Source of the DNA: a virus
DNA: 64,000 bases
Direction: 5' to 3' (one strand)
Virus record (IMG/VR): IMGVR_UViG_3300032236_001232
Location: 99,948 to 163,947 of that record
Position numbers and translations under genes: made by a program. Shown piece by piece: positions 43,364-52,886 of the stretch; position 1 is the stretch's first letter, and each line of letters begins with the position of its first letter. Below the pieces are notes generated by a model, which had not been told where the DNA came from, did no database searches, and saw nothing but the letters and a program-made list of their open reading frames with translations.

Positions 43364-44443
43364 TTACTCCATTGCAGTGATAATATACTTGCCATACTTC
43401 TCGTGGAAGCGGTCGAAGTTCTTCAACTTGCTGGCATCGAATGGAAGTTTGTATGTGGTCAAGGCCGTTTTTGCACCCATCACAACCAATTCTGTTGGGA
43501 AATTATCCATCATAAACCCAAAGAAGCAATCTGCCATAGGATCCCAATCTTTAACTTTCTTCTCATATGCAGATTGCAGTTCGTAGCACATACTCACAGT
43601 CAGCGAATACATTGCCGAAATTTCTTTGATATTACAAACTTTGACCTTGCCGTTGAGAATCTCTGTTGGGTCAGGCATTTGCTTGGCAACCTTGCGATGC
43701 GCCATAAATTTAACAGCAAGGCCCTCGCCTACAGCACCGGCAACCAAATCAGTCAGTGTGCTTTCTGGCAAGTCGTCGTCCTGCAACAATTCGCTAACAA
43801 AGGACCAGCTACGCGGAGTAGCAAAGGAGCGGCTTGCACTTTTTGGATCAAAGTCATAAAGATCTTGTTTAGCAAAACCAATATAACCTACGACCTGTTC
43901 GTGAACTTTGTTCAGCGTAGCCCACTGTAGCCAATCTTCGTAGTCGCTACGCAATTCAATATGCAGGAAGCGATTTGCCAACGGAGCAGGCATACGATAA
44001 GTAACGCCCTTGTCAGTCTCGCGATTGCCTGCTGCCACAATGCTAACACCTTTAGGAAGAACATAGGTGCCAACGCGGCGATTAAGAATCAGCTGATATG
44101 CCGCAGCCTGCGTGGCCGGAGCAGCCGAGTTCAGCTCATCCAAGAACAGGATGGCGGTGCTGTCTGGATCTGTAGGCAGTTCTGCTGGAGGTGCCCAAGT
44201 CATAGTATTGGCAGCACTATTGTAATAGGGAATACCTTTGATATCGGTAGGTTCCCAAAGGCTCAGCCGAACATCAATGACCTCGCGATCAAACTCGTCG
44301 CCGATCTGTTTTACGATATCGCTCTTGCCGATACCCGGAGGACCCCACATGAATACAGGGCGTTGGATTTTAATGCACTTGCGAATGCTACGTTTGGCTT
44401 CGTTTGGGCTAACGGTGCGATTTGCGGAAATTTTCTCTGACAT
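43364..44443 (-). CDS. MoxR-like AAA+ ATPase
   Basis: Walker A GPPGIGKS, Walker B LFLDE, AAGNR, PLANRF, TPRSW. Confidence 0.9.
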   Translation of the reverse strand: MSEKISANRTVSPNEAKRSIRKCIKIQRPVFMWGPPGIGKSDIVKQIGDEFDREVIDVRLSLWEPTDIKGIPYYNSAANTMTWAPPAELPTDPDSTAILFLDELNSAAPATQAAAYQLILNRRVGTYVLPKGVSIVAAGNRETDKGVTYRMPAPLANRFLHIELRSDYEDWLQWATLNKVHEQVVGYIGFAKQDLYDFDPKSASRSFATPRSWSFVSELLQDDDLPESTLTDLVAGAVGEGLAVKFMAHRKVAKQMPDPTEILNGKVKVCNIKEISAMYSLTVSMCYELQSAYEKKVKDWDPMADCFFGFMMDNFPTELVVMGAKTALTTYKLPFDASKLKNFDRFHEKYGKYIITAME

Positions 44444-44504
44444 TTAAAAACTCTCAAAGTTAGTATTGGTTAATGTCGATTGCCTACTGCTTCAACATGT
44501 ATCT

Positions 44505-44533
44505 ATTATACCTTAGTCAGCGGTTGCTGTCAA
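44505..44533 (-). promoter_or_regulatory. Consensus sigma70 promoter
   Basis: TTGACA-17 bp-TATAAT upstream of the AAA+ gene. Confidence 0.85.
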
Positions 44534-44902
44534 GTCGCTGGCAATTTTTGCCCGTATTAGACGTTCAATGTTGCCTGAAAACAACACCAATTGAACAGCC
44601 AACCGGTCGTTGAATACATGAATGGCTTTGGGTGTGATATACCAAGGTGCGTCTATGTAGTTGTCTAGTAGGAGAATAAATTCGCTCTTATACTCAAACT
44701 TGGCGTCATATTTGACTTTGAGATCTCTAATTTTGGCTTGGCAAAGAGCAGTATATCCTGCTTCGGTTAGGCGTAGTCCACCTTTGGGTTTAACTCTTAA
44801 ATTTTGCCACCAAAGGCGTTTGCATTTTCTTAAATTTTTATCATCAACTGGCAGGCCTAGCTGTTCTGCCACATAGCGTGTTATTTCAATCTTTTGATTC
44901 AT
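44513..44902 (-). CDS. Hypothetical protein
   Basis: Probable start MNQKIE at 44902; WW.N.R...GLRLT..G motif. Confidence 0.55.
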   Translation of the reverse strand: MNQKIEITRYVAEQLGLPVDDKNLRKCKRLWWQNLRVKPKGGLRLTEAGYTALCQAKIRDLKVKYDAKFEYKSEFILLLDNYIDAPWYITPKAIHVFNDRLAVQLVLFSGNIERLIRAKIASDLTATAD

Positions 44903-45185
44903 TGGTGATCTTTTCACCGGTGGTTAGTTTGTATACAGAAAAATCTTCTGTGTTAAAAAGTTTATTCATTTTACTTGCGAGATTATGTGCATGTCCAGCG
45001 TTAGAAAAACTGACTTTTTTATATTTAGGACCTATATGTTGTGCTACAATGCTACTGGTTTTCAAGTTAATAGGTTTATCTTTATAAAAAACGGCCCAGA
45101 TTGCTTCTGCTTCAAGAACTTGTTCTACCTTAAATGTCTTTTTGCTGATATTTTCTAATATTACATTAGGTTTAGGACGGCTCAT
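44886..45185 (-). CDS. Hypothetical protein
   Basis: Probable start MSRPKP with GGAGA RBS; AATAAATA upstream. Confidence 0.6.
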   Translation of the reverse strand: MSRPKPNVILENISKKTFKVEQVLEAEAIWAVFYKDKPINLKTSSIVAQHIGPKYKKVSFSNAGHAHNLASKMNKLFNTEDFSVYKLTTGEKITNESKD

Positions 45186-45231
45186 ATACACATGTCTCCA
45201 AAATGGTATGTGTATTTATTATATTTTAAGT

Positions 45232-45453
45232 CTAAAAAAACCCGCCGTTCATTTTAACTTCAATATCGCCCGATGGAATATTGGTCATTACTTGGTCCAA
45301 TTCACCTGCTAAACGGGTCATTACTACACTTAGGCTATTCTGTAGATCGGTTACTTCTTTGATAGAAAGAGTAAGGTCTCGTTGATTGCTTTTAATGGCA
45401 ACACGAGCACGATTTAAGAAATCTTCAATAGGCAGTGTGTTTAGTTCTTTCAT
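45232..45453 (-). CDS. Hypothetical protein
   Basis: ATGA overlap with the upstream gene. Confidence 0.55.
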   Translation of the reverse strand: MKELNTLPIEDFLNRARVAIKSNQRDLTLSIKEVTDLQNSLSVVMTRLAGELDQVMTNIPSGDIEVKMNGGFF

Positions 45454-45935
45454 GATTTATTTGCAATATTTAACCGAATTTTCATCTCTTCTTCGGTTTT
45501 AAACGGACCTTGAAATGGATATCTCTGTAGTGTAATTAGTTTAGGGCAATATGCTTTTGTCCAGCCTTTGCGAAATTCAATTAGATAATATCCGGCGCAA
45601 TACCTACTTTTACTTTTGAGATTTTTAACATATAGCGGTAGACGATTTTTTAAATTGAATACCGGGTCGTAAGGCTTGGTTTTACAGGGATAATCATAGA
45701 TAGAATAGTTCTTATTCTCTTCTTTATCTGTTTTTATTTTTTTGATATTGTCTTCGAATAGTGCAATACCCAGTTGAGATTTAACTTCGGACAGATTTTT
45801 AAAAGAGATCTTTTGACCATTTCTTAAAAATGCGTAACCTTTTTTTTCCTTGGAAATACTGCCAATTTTCTCAGTGCCGTATTTGACTAACCATTCTTTA
45901 TTTGGGATTAGATTTTTTGCTGTTGATGATGTCAT
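45450..45935 (-). CDS. Hypothetical basic protein
   Basis: CAGYY, CPKLITLQRY.F.GPF motifs; coupled to rnh. Confidence 0.6.
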   Translation of the reverse strand: MTSSTAKNLIPNKEWLVKYGTEKIGSISKEKKGYAFLRNGQKISFKNLSEVKSQLGIALFEDNIKKIKTDKEENKNYSIYDYPCKTKPYDPVFNLKNRLPLYVKNLKSKSRYCAGYYLIEFRKGWTKAYCPKLITLQRYPFQGPFKTEEEMKIRLNIANKS

Positions 45936-46924
45936 TGAGCATACCTTGCGTTAAGTGGTTCTGCATAACTTTCTACTTGTTCACTGATCTTTTGCAAGTC
46001 AAAAGCCGCACAGAATTTAAGTAATCTTATTCCTACCTGTGGAATATTTTTTGCCTTTTCAATTTCTTGATCTATCGTTTCTTGAATAATCTTTCTAATC
46101 TCGGGTGGTTGAGCAGTAAGATCGCATAGTTGGACATTACGTTGGTAATCGTCTAACACACGATGTTCAACACCTTCATGATCAACCCATCGTTGTAGCA
46201 TCATGTTGTTCCAGTTATATCCGCGAGTTGTTCTATCGGCAAATGCTTCTCGCAGACCAACTTTATTCTTACTGCCTTTTTCTCTCACACCGGGATAGGC
46301 ACTAAAGATGTTATCGCTAGTATCGCCGCGCATACATTTTTCAAATAGTAGCCACTCTGGCTCGGGTGCAGGTTTTACTGCTTTGGTCTTTTTATCGATT
46401 ACCGGTTTACCCTTCTCATCGTAGTATCCTTCGTGAGTAGTGGTAACACCCATGATGCCGTTATATTGACGCACATTAGGCGCAATAAGCTGAGCAAAGT
46501 CGCCGTCTGTGCTGATGATTACATGATTATCGTTGGGATGACTTTGAATCCATCCAGCAATGAGATCATCTGCTTCCAATTGTGGATTATGTAGAACGCT
46601 GGTATTAGTTTTGTTTAGAACAAAGTCTTTAAACTGATCAAATGTTTCCCAGAATACACGCTCTTCTTCTGCTTCTCGTGGGCTGTGTGCTGCACGAGCT
46701 TCTGCCCTTTGCCGTTTGTAAGGAGCATAATGATCCTTGCGCCAACTGCGTCCTTCTAAGCAGAAGATGACATGGTCGCCTTTAAAGTCTCTCCATGCCT
46801 TGCGAACACTACTCAATACAGTATGAATGCTCATACCAATCTTATCATTGAGATCTCCACGGACCACATGTCTGGCCCTAAAAAATGTATTTGCAGTATC
46901 GACTAGAATATAAGTTTTGCTCAT
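45932..46924 (-). CDS. rnh: 5'-3' exonuclease / T4 RNase H-like (FEN/PIN fold)
   Basis: LVD, SWRK..Y..YK..R, EADDLIA, IISTDGDFAQL, GDTSDNI. Confidence 0.9.
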   Translation of the reverse strand: MSKTYILVDTANTFFRARHVVRGDLNDKIGMSIHTVLSSVRKAWRDFKGDHVIFCLEGRSWRKDHYAPYKRQRAEARAAHSPREAEEERVFWETFDQFKDFVLNKTNTSVLHNPQLEADDLIAGWIQSHPNDNHVIISTDGDFAQLIAPNVRQYNGIMGVTTTHEGYYDEKGKPVIDKKTKAVKPAPEPEWLLFEKCMRGDTSDNIFSAYPGVREKGSKNKVGLREAFADRTTRGYNWNNMMLQRWVDHEGVEHRVLDDYQRNVQLCDLTAQPPEIRKIIQETIDQEIEKAKNIPQVGIRLLKFCAAFDLQKISEQVESYAEPLNARYAQ

Positions 46925-47289
46925 TAATAAATCTCAGTTCGCCCATCATCACGAAGAGCGCGATTAACGTAACCAGAACCACGTCGGTTCATATCGACAC
47001 CTTCCTCGGTTCCAACATTGCGGCACAGTTCGGTAAACCAGGAATCCACAATAGCTTCATCTGTTTCTCCGGTGTATCCAGCACTGCGTAATTGTAGCAC
47101 AAAGTATTCATTCCAGTCAAGTTCGAAAAATCCATTGCGAATGTTTTCTTTGTTAACATGAGTGGTTAATACGGCTACCCAGGGCTCTTTATTAGCAGTG
47201 GCAATTTCCTTGGCAGTAGGAGCGGCCTCTGGTTCGGGTGCAAGTTTCCCTTCAACTTTCTTTTCAAATAGTTTTTTAAACCATTCCAT
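46924..47289 (-). CDS. Hypothetical protein
   Basis: Probable start MEWFKK via TAATG overlap with the queE stop; EPWV, GFFELDWN motifs. Confidence 0.6.
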   Translation of the reverse strand: MEWFKKLFEKKVEGKLAPEPEAAPTAKEIATANKEPWVAVLTTHVNKENIRNGFFELDWNEYFVLQLRSAGYTGETDEAIVDSWFTELCRNVGTEEGVDMNRRGSGYVNRALRDDGRTEIY

Positions 47290-48152
47290 TATGTCCCCCA
47301 CTCGTTTTTAAATAAGGGAACTTGAAGCCTATCGCTGTATCGTAGTCCATTTTTCATTGCCAGCATGGCTACATTTTTATTGTTCATGGAATAGATACTT
47401 TCTACCCCACCAATTGGCATTAGATAAACATGCCCTTCAAACCCTGCACCACGATAGGCAGCAATAGCACGTTGGGCATCAGCAAAGTCTTGTTCTGTGG
47501 CAATGACAAACTTTAGATAGGTTGTGCCATAGGTTTCATATTCATAGACCACTTTAGGTTTAATAGCATCTTCCCATGCTTCTCCGCTACAAGGCAGTTT
47601 AGCACTGACACTAAATGTAATTTCTCTATGAAAATCACTATCGTGATAACATTCCCATTTTCTTAAATATTCTTTAAATTTTGGTGTAAGTGTTTGGGTG
47701 CCATTGGTCTCAAATGTGATTTCTTTAAGCCTTGCCATCTTAGGATGATCTAACAAGTCTGGATATTGTTTTTGCCATCCCAGCAATGGTTCTCCACCGG
47801 TGATAACCAAATGTTCGTCACGCCATTCACCGTGTGGAAGAATTTCCATAATGCGATCTACAATAGCATCTGTAGTAAGTAGCGGGCTCAACTCTTTAAA
47901 TGCTGGATCCCAACTGGCATAACTGTCGCAACCTGTGCTCACAAGGGGAAGTTCTTTGTAATCTTTGTAAGGAGTATTGCCGTGAGCAAATGCTACGTTT
48001 ACTCGCTCTACACTTTTCCCTCCACGTGGCATACCAAATCCGTCGCAGGTGAAGTTACAGCCAAAGGTACGAAGGAACACGCTAGGCACTCCCATATATC
48101 GGCCCTCTCCCTGAATGGAGTAGAACAGTTCGCTTATTTTAAGTTTGCTCAT
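47289..48152 (-). CDS. queE: 7-carboxy-7-deazaguanine synthase (radical SAM)
   Basis: ISELFYSIQGEG..G.PSVFLRT.GCN..C, GCDS, ITGGEPL, ETNGT, SVSAKL, LKFV, RLQ. Confidence 0.9.
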   Translation of the reverse strand: MSKLKISELFYSIQGEGRYMGVPSVFLRTFGCNFTCDGFGMPRGGKSVERVNVAFAHGNTPYKDYKELPLVSTGCDSYASWDPAFKELSPLLTTDAIVDRIMEILPHGEWRDEHLVITGGEPLLGWQKQYPDLLDHPKMARLKEITFETNGTQTLTPKFKEYLRKWECYHDSDFHREITFSVSAKLPCSGEAWEDAIKPKVVYEYETYGTTYLKFVIATEQDFADAQRAIAAYRGAGFEGHVYLMPIGGVESIYSMNNKNVAMLAMKNGLRYSDRLQVPLFKNEWGT

Positions 48153-48426
48153 AGATATTTGACCATTGTTTTAGTTTTTCAAATTTGGCCAGTTTGGCCT
48201 TCTCAATATTGAGTTGATTAATTACTCCATGCATTTCTAACAGAGTAATCATTGCTACTAAATCGCCTAGCTCTTCTTCCAGGTGTTCTCGGTTACTTTT
48301 TGGTTTGCCTGGTTTGATATTGTCCAACCCAAACCTAAAACACTTGCTGATTGCCTGAGTAACTTCGGCACACTCTTCTTGAGTAATCAACAAGATTTCA
48401 TCAATTTTATTCATAAATGATACCAT
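48139..48426 (-). CDS. MazG-like nucleotide pyrophosphohydrolase
   Basis: EECAEV..AISK and EEELGDL motifs. Confidence 0.75.
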   Translation of the reverse strand: MVSFMNKIDEILLITQEECAEVTQAISKCFRFGLDNIKPGKPKSNREHLEEELGDLVAMITLLEMHGVINQLNIEKAKLAKFEKLKQWSNIYEQT

Positions 48427-48445
48427 GTATTGTCTGTGAGTAAAT

Positions 48446-48474
48446 AGTATACGCTATTATTTAGGCTGTGTCAA
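48446..48474 (-). promoter_or_regulatory. Sigma70 promoter for mazG-queE operon
   Basis: TTGACA-17 bp-TATACT; spacer contains CTAAATA. Confidence 0.8.
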
Positions 48475-48477
48475 CTG

Positions 48478-49347
48478 ATGTCCGAATTAAAAACTCAAAT
48501 CACCTGGTATCTCAACGATTACTGTAAATCAGAATGTAGTTATTGTCCTATTGCTTCAAGGGGAGGTGGGCTGCCTCCTGCTACTGTTGACTACGTTCGT
48601 ATAACCAATCTACTGATAGATCATTACGCTAATCTTGGCAGAACAATAGATTGGACATTTGACGGTGGCGAACCGTTGGATATGGACGGAACAGTGAGGA
48701 TTCTAAAATTATGTAAAGAGGCCAATGGAAATATAGAACTTCGCACAGGTGGTGGGCAATTATGGATGGATTGGTGGGCGGTTGAACCACAGGTTGATCA
48801 ACTGAGATTAAGTTATCATTATTGGCAAAATCCCAGTTTAATAAAATATATTGTAGAACTGTTCTTATCAAAATCAAAACCTATTGATGTTATTGTTCCT
48901 ATTCGTCCTGATTATTTCGATGAAGATCTTGAGCGAGCATTGGCAATAGAGCGCGAGTATAAGTTTGTTGTAAGTAAATCTGTTTTGTATAAAAACGCAA
49001 TGCACGATTCTGGTATATATCCTTATACTGATGATCAGTTAGATATAATACAAGGTCGAAAAGCAGTAGAGCAAAAAATACATTTTCAATCAACTACTTG
49101 GTATGACCGATACAAAGAAAAATACAATAATAATCCAGTTTATACCGGAATGCGTTGTAATGTAGGAATTGAGCGATTAATAATAAACTACCATGGATGG
49201 GTAGCAGGAGGTGATTGTAATAATCAACCTTTAGGAAACATTTGGTCAGAGTGGTGGGCCCCGCCAAAGGAGCCCCAGATATGCTCTATGCAGGCCTGCG
49301 TATCACAGGCCGATCAACAAATTACCAAATTCAAAAACGTTGATTAA
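48478..49347 (+). CDS. Radical SAM protein with C-terminal SPASM/twitch-like Cys cluster
   Basis: CKSECSYC (CxxxCxxC), GGEP, LSYH; C-terminal C..G..L.I...G....C...LGNI...C....C. Confidence 0.8.
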   Translation: MSELKTQITWYLNDYCKSECSYCPIASRGGGLPPATVDYVRITNLLIDHYANLGRTIDWTFDGGEPLDMDGTVRILKLCKEANGNIELRTGGGQLWMDWWAVEPQVDQLRLSYHYWQNPSLIKYIVELFLSKSKPIDVIVPIRPDYFDEDLERALAIEREYKFVVSKSVLYKNAMHDSGIYPYTDDQLDIIQGRKAVEQKIHFQSTTWYDRYKEKYNNNPVYTGMRCNVGIERLIINYHGWVAGGDCNNQPLGNIWSEWWAPPKEPQICSMQACVSQADQQITKFKNVD

Positions 49348-51358
49348 ACATAACACCAGCAACGTTGTCACTAGCACCAACCTGTCCACGATAGTTTTGA
49401 CGATTCTCTACAAATGCCAGAACATTTGAACGGTCTTCATCTTTAAACTTGTAGTAAAGTCCTACTCGTGTTTCGTGAACATCTGCTGCCAGATTTTGAC
49501 GGCTGTTTTGAACAACATTAAAACTGCTGTCTAGTCCTACTGGAGCAGCAACATCTGCCATAGCACGATATACTGATACAGGCTGGTATACCATAAGGCC
49601 TACAGAGTTTTTAGCATCTACCTTGTGCTCTGCACCTACAGTCCAAGTATAGCTAAGAACATTACTGAGGTTGCTAACAGTATCGCTAGAGCTGGCAGCT
49701 AAGGTAACTCCGTGTGTGACATTGGCATAGAAATTGGTCTTGCCAATAGTGCGATCAATTCCAATACCGGTAAAGTATGTTGAGCTCATCTTGTTATCGC
49801 CGCCGCCACTGAAGCTGTTCAGGGCGTTGCCTAGCCAAGTATTGTTCTCTACAAACATACCCGAAGTGAATTTAACATCGGCATAATCATTACGCAGACG
49901 ATAATTCATTTCAATCATACCAGGATTATTCCCTACAAGATTGAAATTGGTATTGCGATAAAGATTAATTTCAAAATCGCCAGACTGATTATGAACATAG
50001 TCGGTATAGTTGTTAAATTGGCTGTAGTTATTACCGGTAGTATATGGCATTGCTGCCTGTGCTACATTAAAATAACTCTGATTATTGTAGGCAGTTAATG
50101 TTTTACCTGGAAGATAAAAATCACGTTGGAAACTGTCAACTACCATAAGACCGCTGACTTTACCTGTGCTAGCACTACCGCTGGTAACCAATACAGGTTG
50201 AACGGCAGTAGTTGTTGGACCGCTGAGCCGACCGGTAGTAGGAATACCCAATGTTCCAAACGGGCGGGTGGCCTTGTCGAGGTCCATTAGTCCTTGGCCA
50301 TACAGTTCCGGTTTGTATCCTGGAAGATTTTTATTAGCCGTAACAAACAGCAGTTGAACAATGTTAGCGCCAGTCATCTGCGGCCACATTTGGTGAATAA
50401 TGGCTACACCACCGCTAATAGCAGGAGCAGCCATTGAAGTCCCAGTCATGTTACTGAATCCGGTGTTGTTCAGGCTGAGTGGAACAGTTGAGCTAATTCC
50501 AGTTCCTGGAGCCAGGAGGTAGAACTGGCTCATACGATACCGGTCCTGACACACATTGGCAACTACTACTTGGCAAAGTGTGGCAGCAGCATTACTACTG
50601 GGTCCCAAGCCGGTATTACTTTGTTCGTTCCAGTTTCCGGCAATAATAACTCGGCCGCCTAATAATAGGTTTCCGCTTTTATCTGTAGCAGTTGCCATTT
50701 GTGCTAGTCCGCCTGACCATGCTGTTCCGTCGTTACCGGCAGCTAGAACCAAGACCATGTTGCCTTTCATAGCATCCACCCATTGTTGGGTATTTGATAC
50801 ACCTGGCAAAGATCCGGTATTGGTATACACAGTGGAATAAACACCGGGAGCAATAAGTTTCGCTCCAATGGTAGCAGCCGATAATGTTGAGCTGAAACTC
50901 ATATTAGCAACATCGGCATTATTGTTATTGGCCCACTGAACACCATTACCTAGAGTAGTGGTAGTGGCTGATCCATTATTGGTAACTTTGCCAATAAGCA
51001 GAGTAGCATCAAATGCTACTCCCTCTACACCAACTCCATTATGTGCTGCGGCAGCAATGCCTGCCACATGGGTGCCGTGTCCGATGTTATCAACAATGCT
51101 GCCACTACCGGAAAAGTCTTGGATTAGTTTAATACGCTTGTCAAATTCGGTATTTTTGGCATCAATACCAGAATCTAAAATAGCAATTACACTGCCTTTA
51201 CCTGTAAATCCACGGCTCCATGCAGTGCTGGCGTTAATGGATTGTAGAGTTCGACTTTTGTAGTATTCGCTAGTTTCCCATACTGACGTTTGGGTCTGAG
51301 CAATCGCTCCTGTTGAAAGAACAAGGGCGATGCTGGCAGCTAATTTTTTGAGTTTCAT
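49331..51358 (-). CDS. Secreted subtilase (peptidase S8) with autotransporter-like beta-barrel C-terminus
   Basis: Signal peptide MKLKKLAASIALVLSTGAIA; triad ILDSG / HGTHVAG / GTSMAAP; AAGND; amphipathic beta strands ending in Phe. Confidence 0.85.
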   Translation of the reverse strand: MKLKKLAASIALVLSTGAIAQTQTSVWETSEYYKSRTLQSINASTAWSRGFTGKGSVIAILDSGIDAKNTEFDKRIKLIQDFSGSGSIVDNIGHGTHVAGIAAAAHNGVGVEGVAFDATLLIGKVTNNGSATTTTLGNGVQWANNNNADVANMSFSSTLSAATIGAKLIAPGVYSTVYTNTGSLPGVSNTQQWVDAMKGNMVLVLAAGNDGTAWSGGLAQMATATDKSGNLLLGGRVIIAGNWNEQSNTGLGPSSNAAATLCQVVVANVCQDRYRMSQFYLLAPGTGISSTVPLSLNNTGFSNMTGTSMAAPAISGGVAIIHQMWPQMTGANIVQLLFVTANKNLPGYKPELYGQGLMDLDKATRPFGTLGIPTTGRLSGPTTTAVQPVLVTSGSASTGKVSGLMVVDSFQRDFYLPGKTLTAYNNQSYFNVAQAAMPYTTGNNYSQFNNYTDYVHNQSGDFEINLYRNTNFNLVGNNPGMIEMNYRLRNDYADVKFTSGMFVENNTWLGNALNSFSGGGDNKMSSTYFTGIGIDRTIGKTNFYANVTHGVTLAASSSDTVSNLSNVLSYTWTVGAEHKVDAKNSVGLMVYQPVSVYRAMADVAAPVGLDSSFNVVQNSRQNLAADVHETRVGLYYKFKDEDRSNVLAFVENRQNYRGQVGASDNVAGVMFNQRF

Positions 51359-51406
51359 CTAAGTTCCTTACTATGTAAGACTATTTAATGGAGTTAACGT
51401 AGGACT

Positions 51407-51435
51407 ATTGTAGCAAGAATGTGTGAACAAGTCAA
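51407..51435 (-). promoter_or_regulatory. Sigma70 promoter for subtilase
   Basis: TTGACT-17 bp-TACAAT. Confidence 0.7.
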
Positions 51436-51436
51436 G

Positions 51437-52636
51437 TTAATACTTGGATTGACGCGAATGTTGTCTGTAATCGACACTGTCTCGACGCCATTCTTCACCT
51501 TTCCCTTCGATGATGTCCAGTGTGCGGTCGATGCAGTCATTGGTCCAATCACTGATCTTACCCTGATTTGGGTGTTCGTGTTTGAGAAGGTTTTCTAATT
51601 TTTGAATAGCATCCTCAATACTCCAAGGAACATAAAGACGTTCGTGGTCATTGGCAAAGGTTTCTGGAAAACTGCGATATGCCGGAAACAACACATTACA
51701 TCCAAGTGAATCGGCCTCGCTAACTGTATTGCTGGTCCAATCCTGTAAAGCACAGTTAAACAACACACGAGTGTCATTTAGGATACGATAGTATTCGTTC
51801 TTCTCCAAATCCTCGTAGATTGTCAACAATCCACGGGTTTCTAATTCTCTTGCTCTTTCTACATATCGAGCACCGTTTGAACGCAGGCGACTTCCAGAAA
51901 GAATACAGAATTCTACTGGTTCTCGACGTTGGGCTTTGGCAATATCATTAGGATACCGACGGAACCATTCTTCGATTAGATCCATGTAGAAGTCTGGTTG
52001 TTTCTCCTGGTCCCACCGAGCAGAAAACGCCACACGATGAGTTCTATTCTCAAACGGTGTCACATCATCTACCCGGCTCATTACTTCTTGTTTCCCAAAT
52101 GCCAACCCGGAGATATTGTAGATTGGAGCAGTCCAGCCAGCAATCTTCATGTGCATGACCATTTCTTCGTTACTGGCCAGCACACCGTCTACAAACGAGT
52201 CAACCATTTTCTCATAGTGTCCCATCCACTTTGACATACCCCAGACATGAACAAAATCATCTGGATCAATAGACTGAGCAAGACAGCGAACAAAAATGCG
52301 AGGGCGATGCTCACTACCGATCTGATTGAGGATGTATGGTAGGCTTTCGATGCCTGGCTGAAACATGTCTTCAAAATAGACAACATCTTCATTACTGCAT
52401 TCTCCTGCCTTCATCATTTTAACTAGATTCATTAGTTGCGACATACCAAAATATGTGCGACCATGAGCATCGAGAACCTGACCAGTAACGATTGCTTGAT
52501 CACTGCTGAGTGTTTCTCCGGGAACGATTTGGTAGTCAATACCGCGTCGTTTGAATACAGTTTCGTTCCAATCTTGGAGTTGTAAAGTATATCTGGCCTT
52601 GTAGGGTTCTAGCCCCATATACCAAAGTTTTCTCAT
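51437..52636 (-). CDS. GT-B (GT4-like) glycosyltransferase, probable DNA modifier
   Basis: FSARWDQEKQPDF, Y..IL...RVLFNCALQD....VSEA..LGC.VL.P.YRSFPE, LY.PWS. Confidence 0.8.
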   Translation of the reverse strand: MRKLWYMGLEPYKARYTLQLQDWNETVFKRRGIDYQIVPGETLSSDQAIVTGQVLDAHGRTYFGMSQLMNLVKMMKAGECSNEDVVYFEDMFQPGIESLPYILNQIGSEHRPRIFVRCLAQSIDPDDFVHVWGMSKWMGHYEKMVDSFVDGVLASNEEMVMHMKIAGWTAPIYNISGLAFGKQEVMSRVDDVTPFENRTHRVAFSARWDQEKQPDFYMDLIEEWFRRYPNDIAKAQRREPVEFCILSGSRLRSNGARYVERARELETRGLLTIYEDLEKNEYYRILNDTRVLFNCALQDWTSNTVSEADSLGCNVLFPAYRSFPETFANDHERLYVPWSIEDAIQKLENLLKHEHPNQGKISDWTNDCIDRTLDIIEGKGEEWRRDSVDYRQHSRQSKY

Positions 52637-52854
52637 GCTTGATCGGCCTGCTGGCGATTGTTGCCGCGACGATTGTTTTCGTAGCGACTACGGCGTTTGA
52701 ATTCCTTGTAGTCGGGACTGCGATAAAGGTCCTTCTCGTCATAACGCATGAGATTAAAGCGGCAAACGTCAAGCCATTCTTCGAGATCATCAAAGATCTT
52801 GCTGACTTCGGGTTTCATACGAAAAGATTTAGTAATATAAGCGGGATGTGCCAT
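52633..52854 (-). CDS. Hypothetical protein
   Basis: IFDDLE.WLD.CRF...YDEKDLY; ATGA overlap with the glycosyltransferase. Confidence 0.55.
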   Translation of the reverse strand: MAHPAYITKSFRMKPEVSKIFDDLEEWLDVCRFNLMRYDEKDLYRSPDYKEFKRRSRYENNRRGNNRQQADQA

Positions 52855-52886
52855 GATAAAAATAAAAAGAAAGTTTAAAAATATTA

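Noticed and set aside
42039-44447. Several long plus-strand ORFs (239, 137, 175, 159 aa)
   Set aside because: Antisense to well-supported VWA and AAA+ genes; explained by codon bias.
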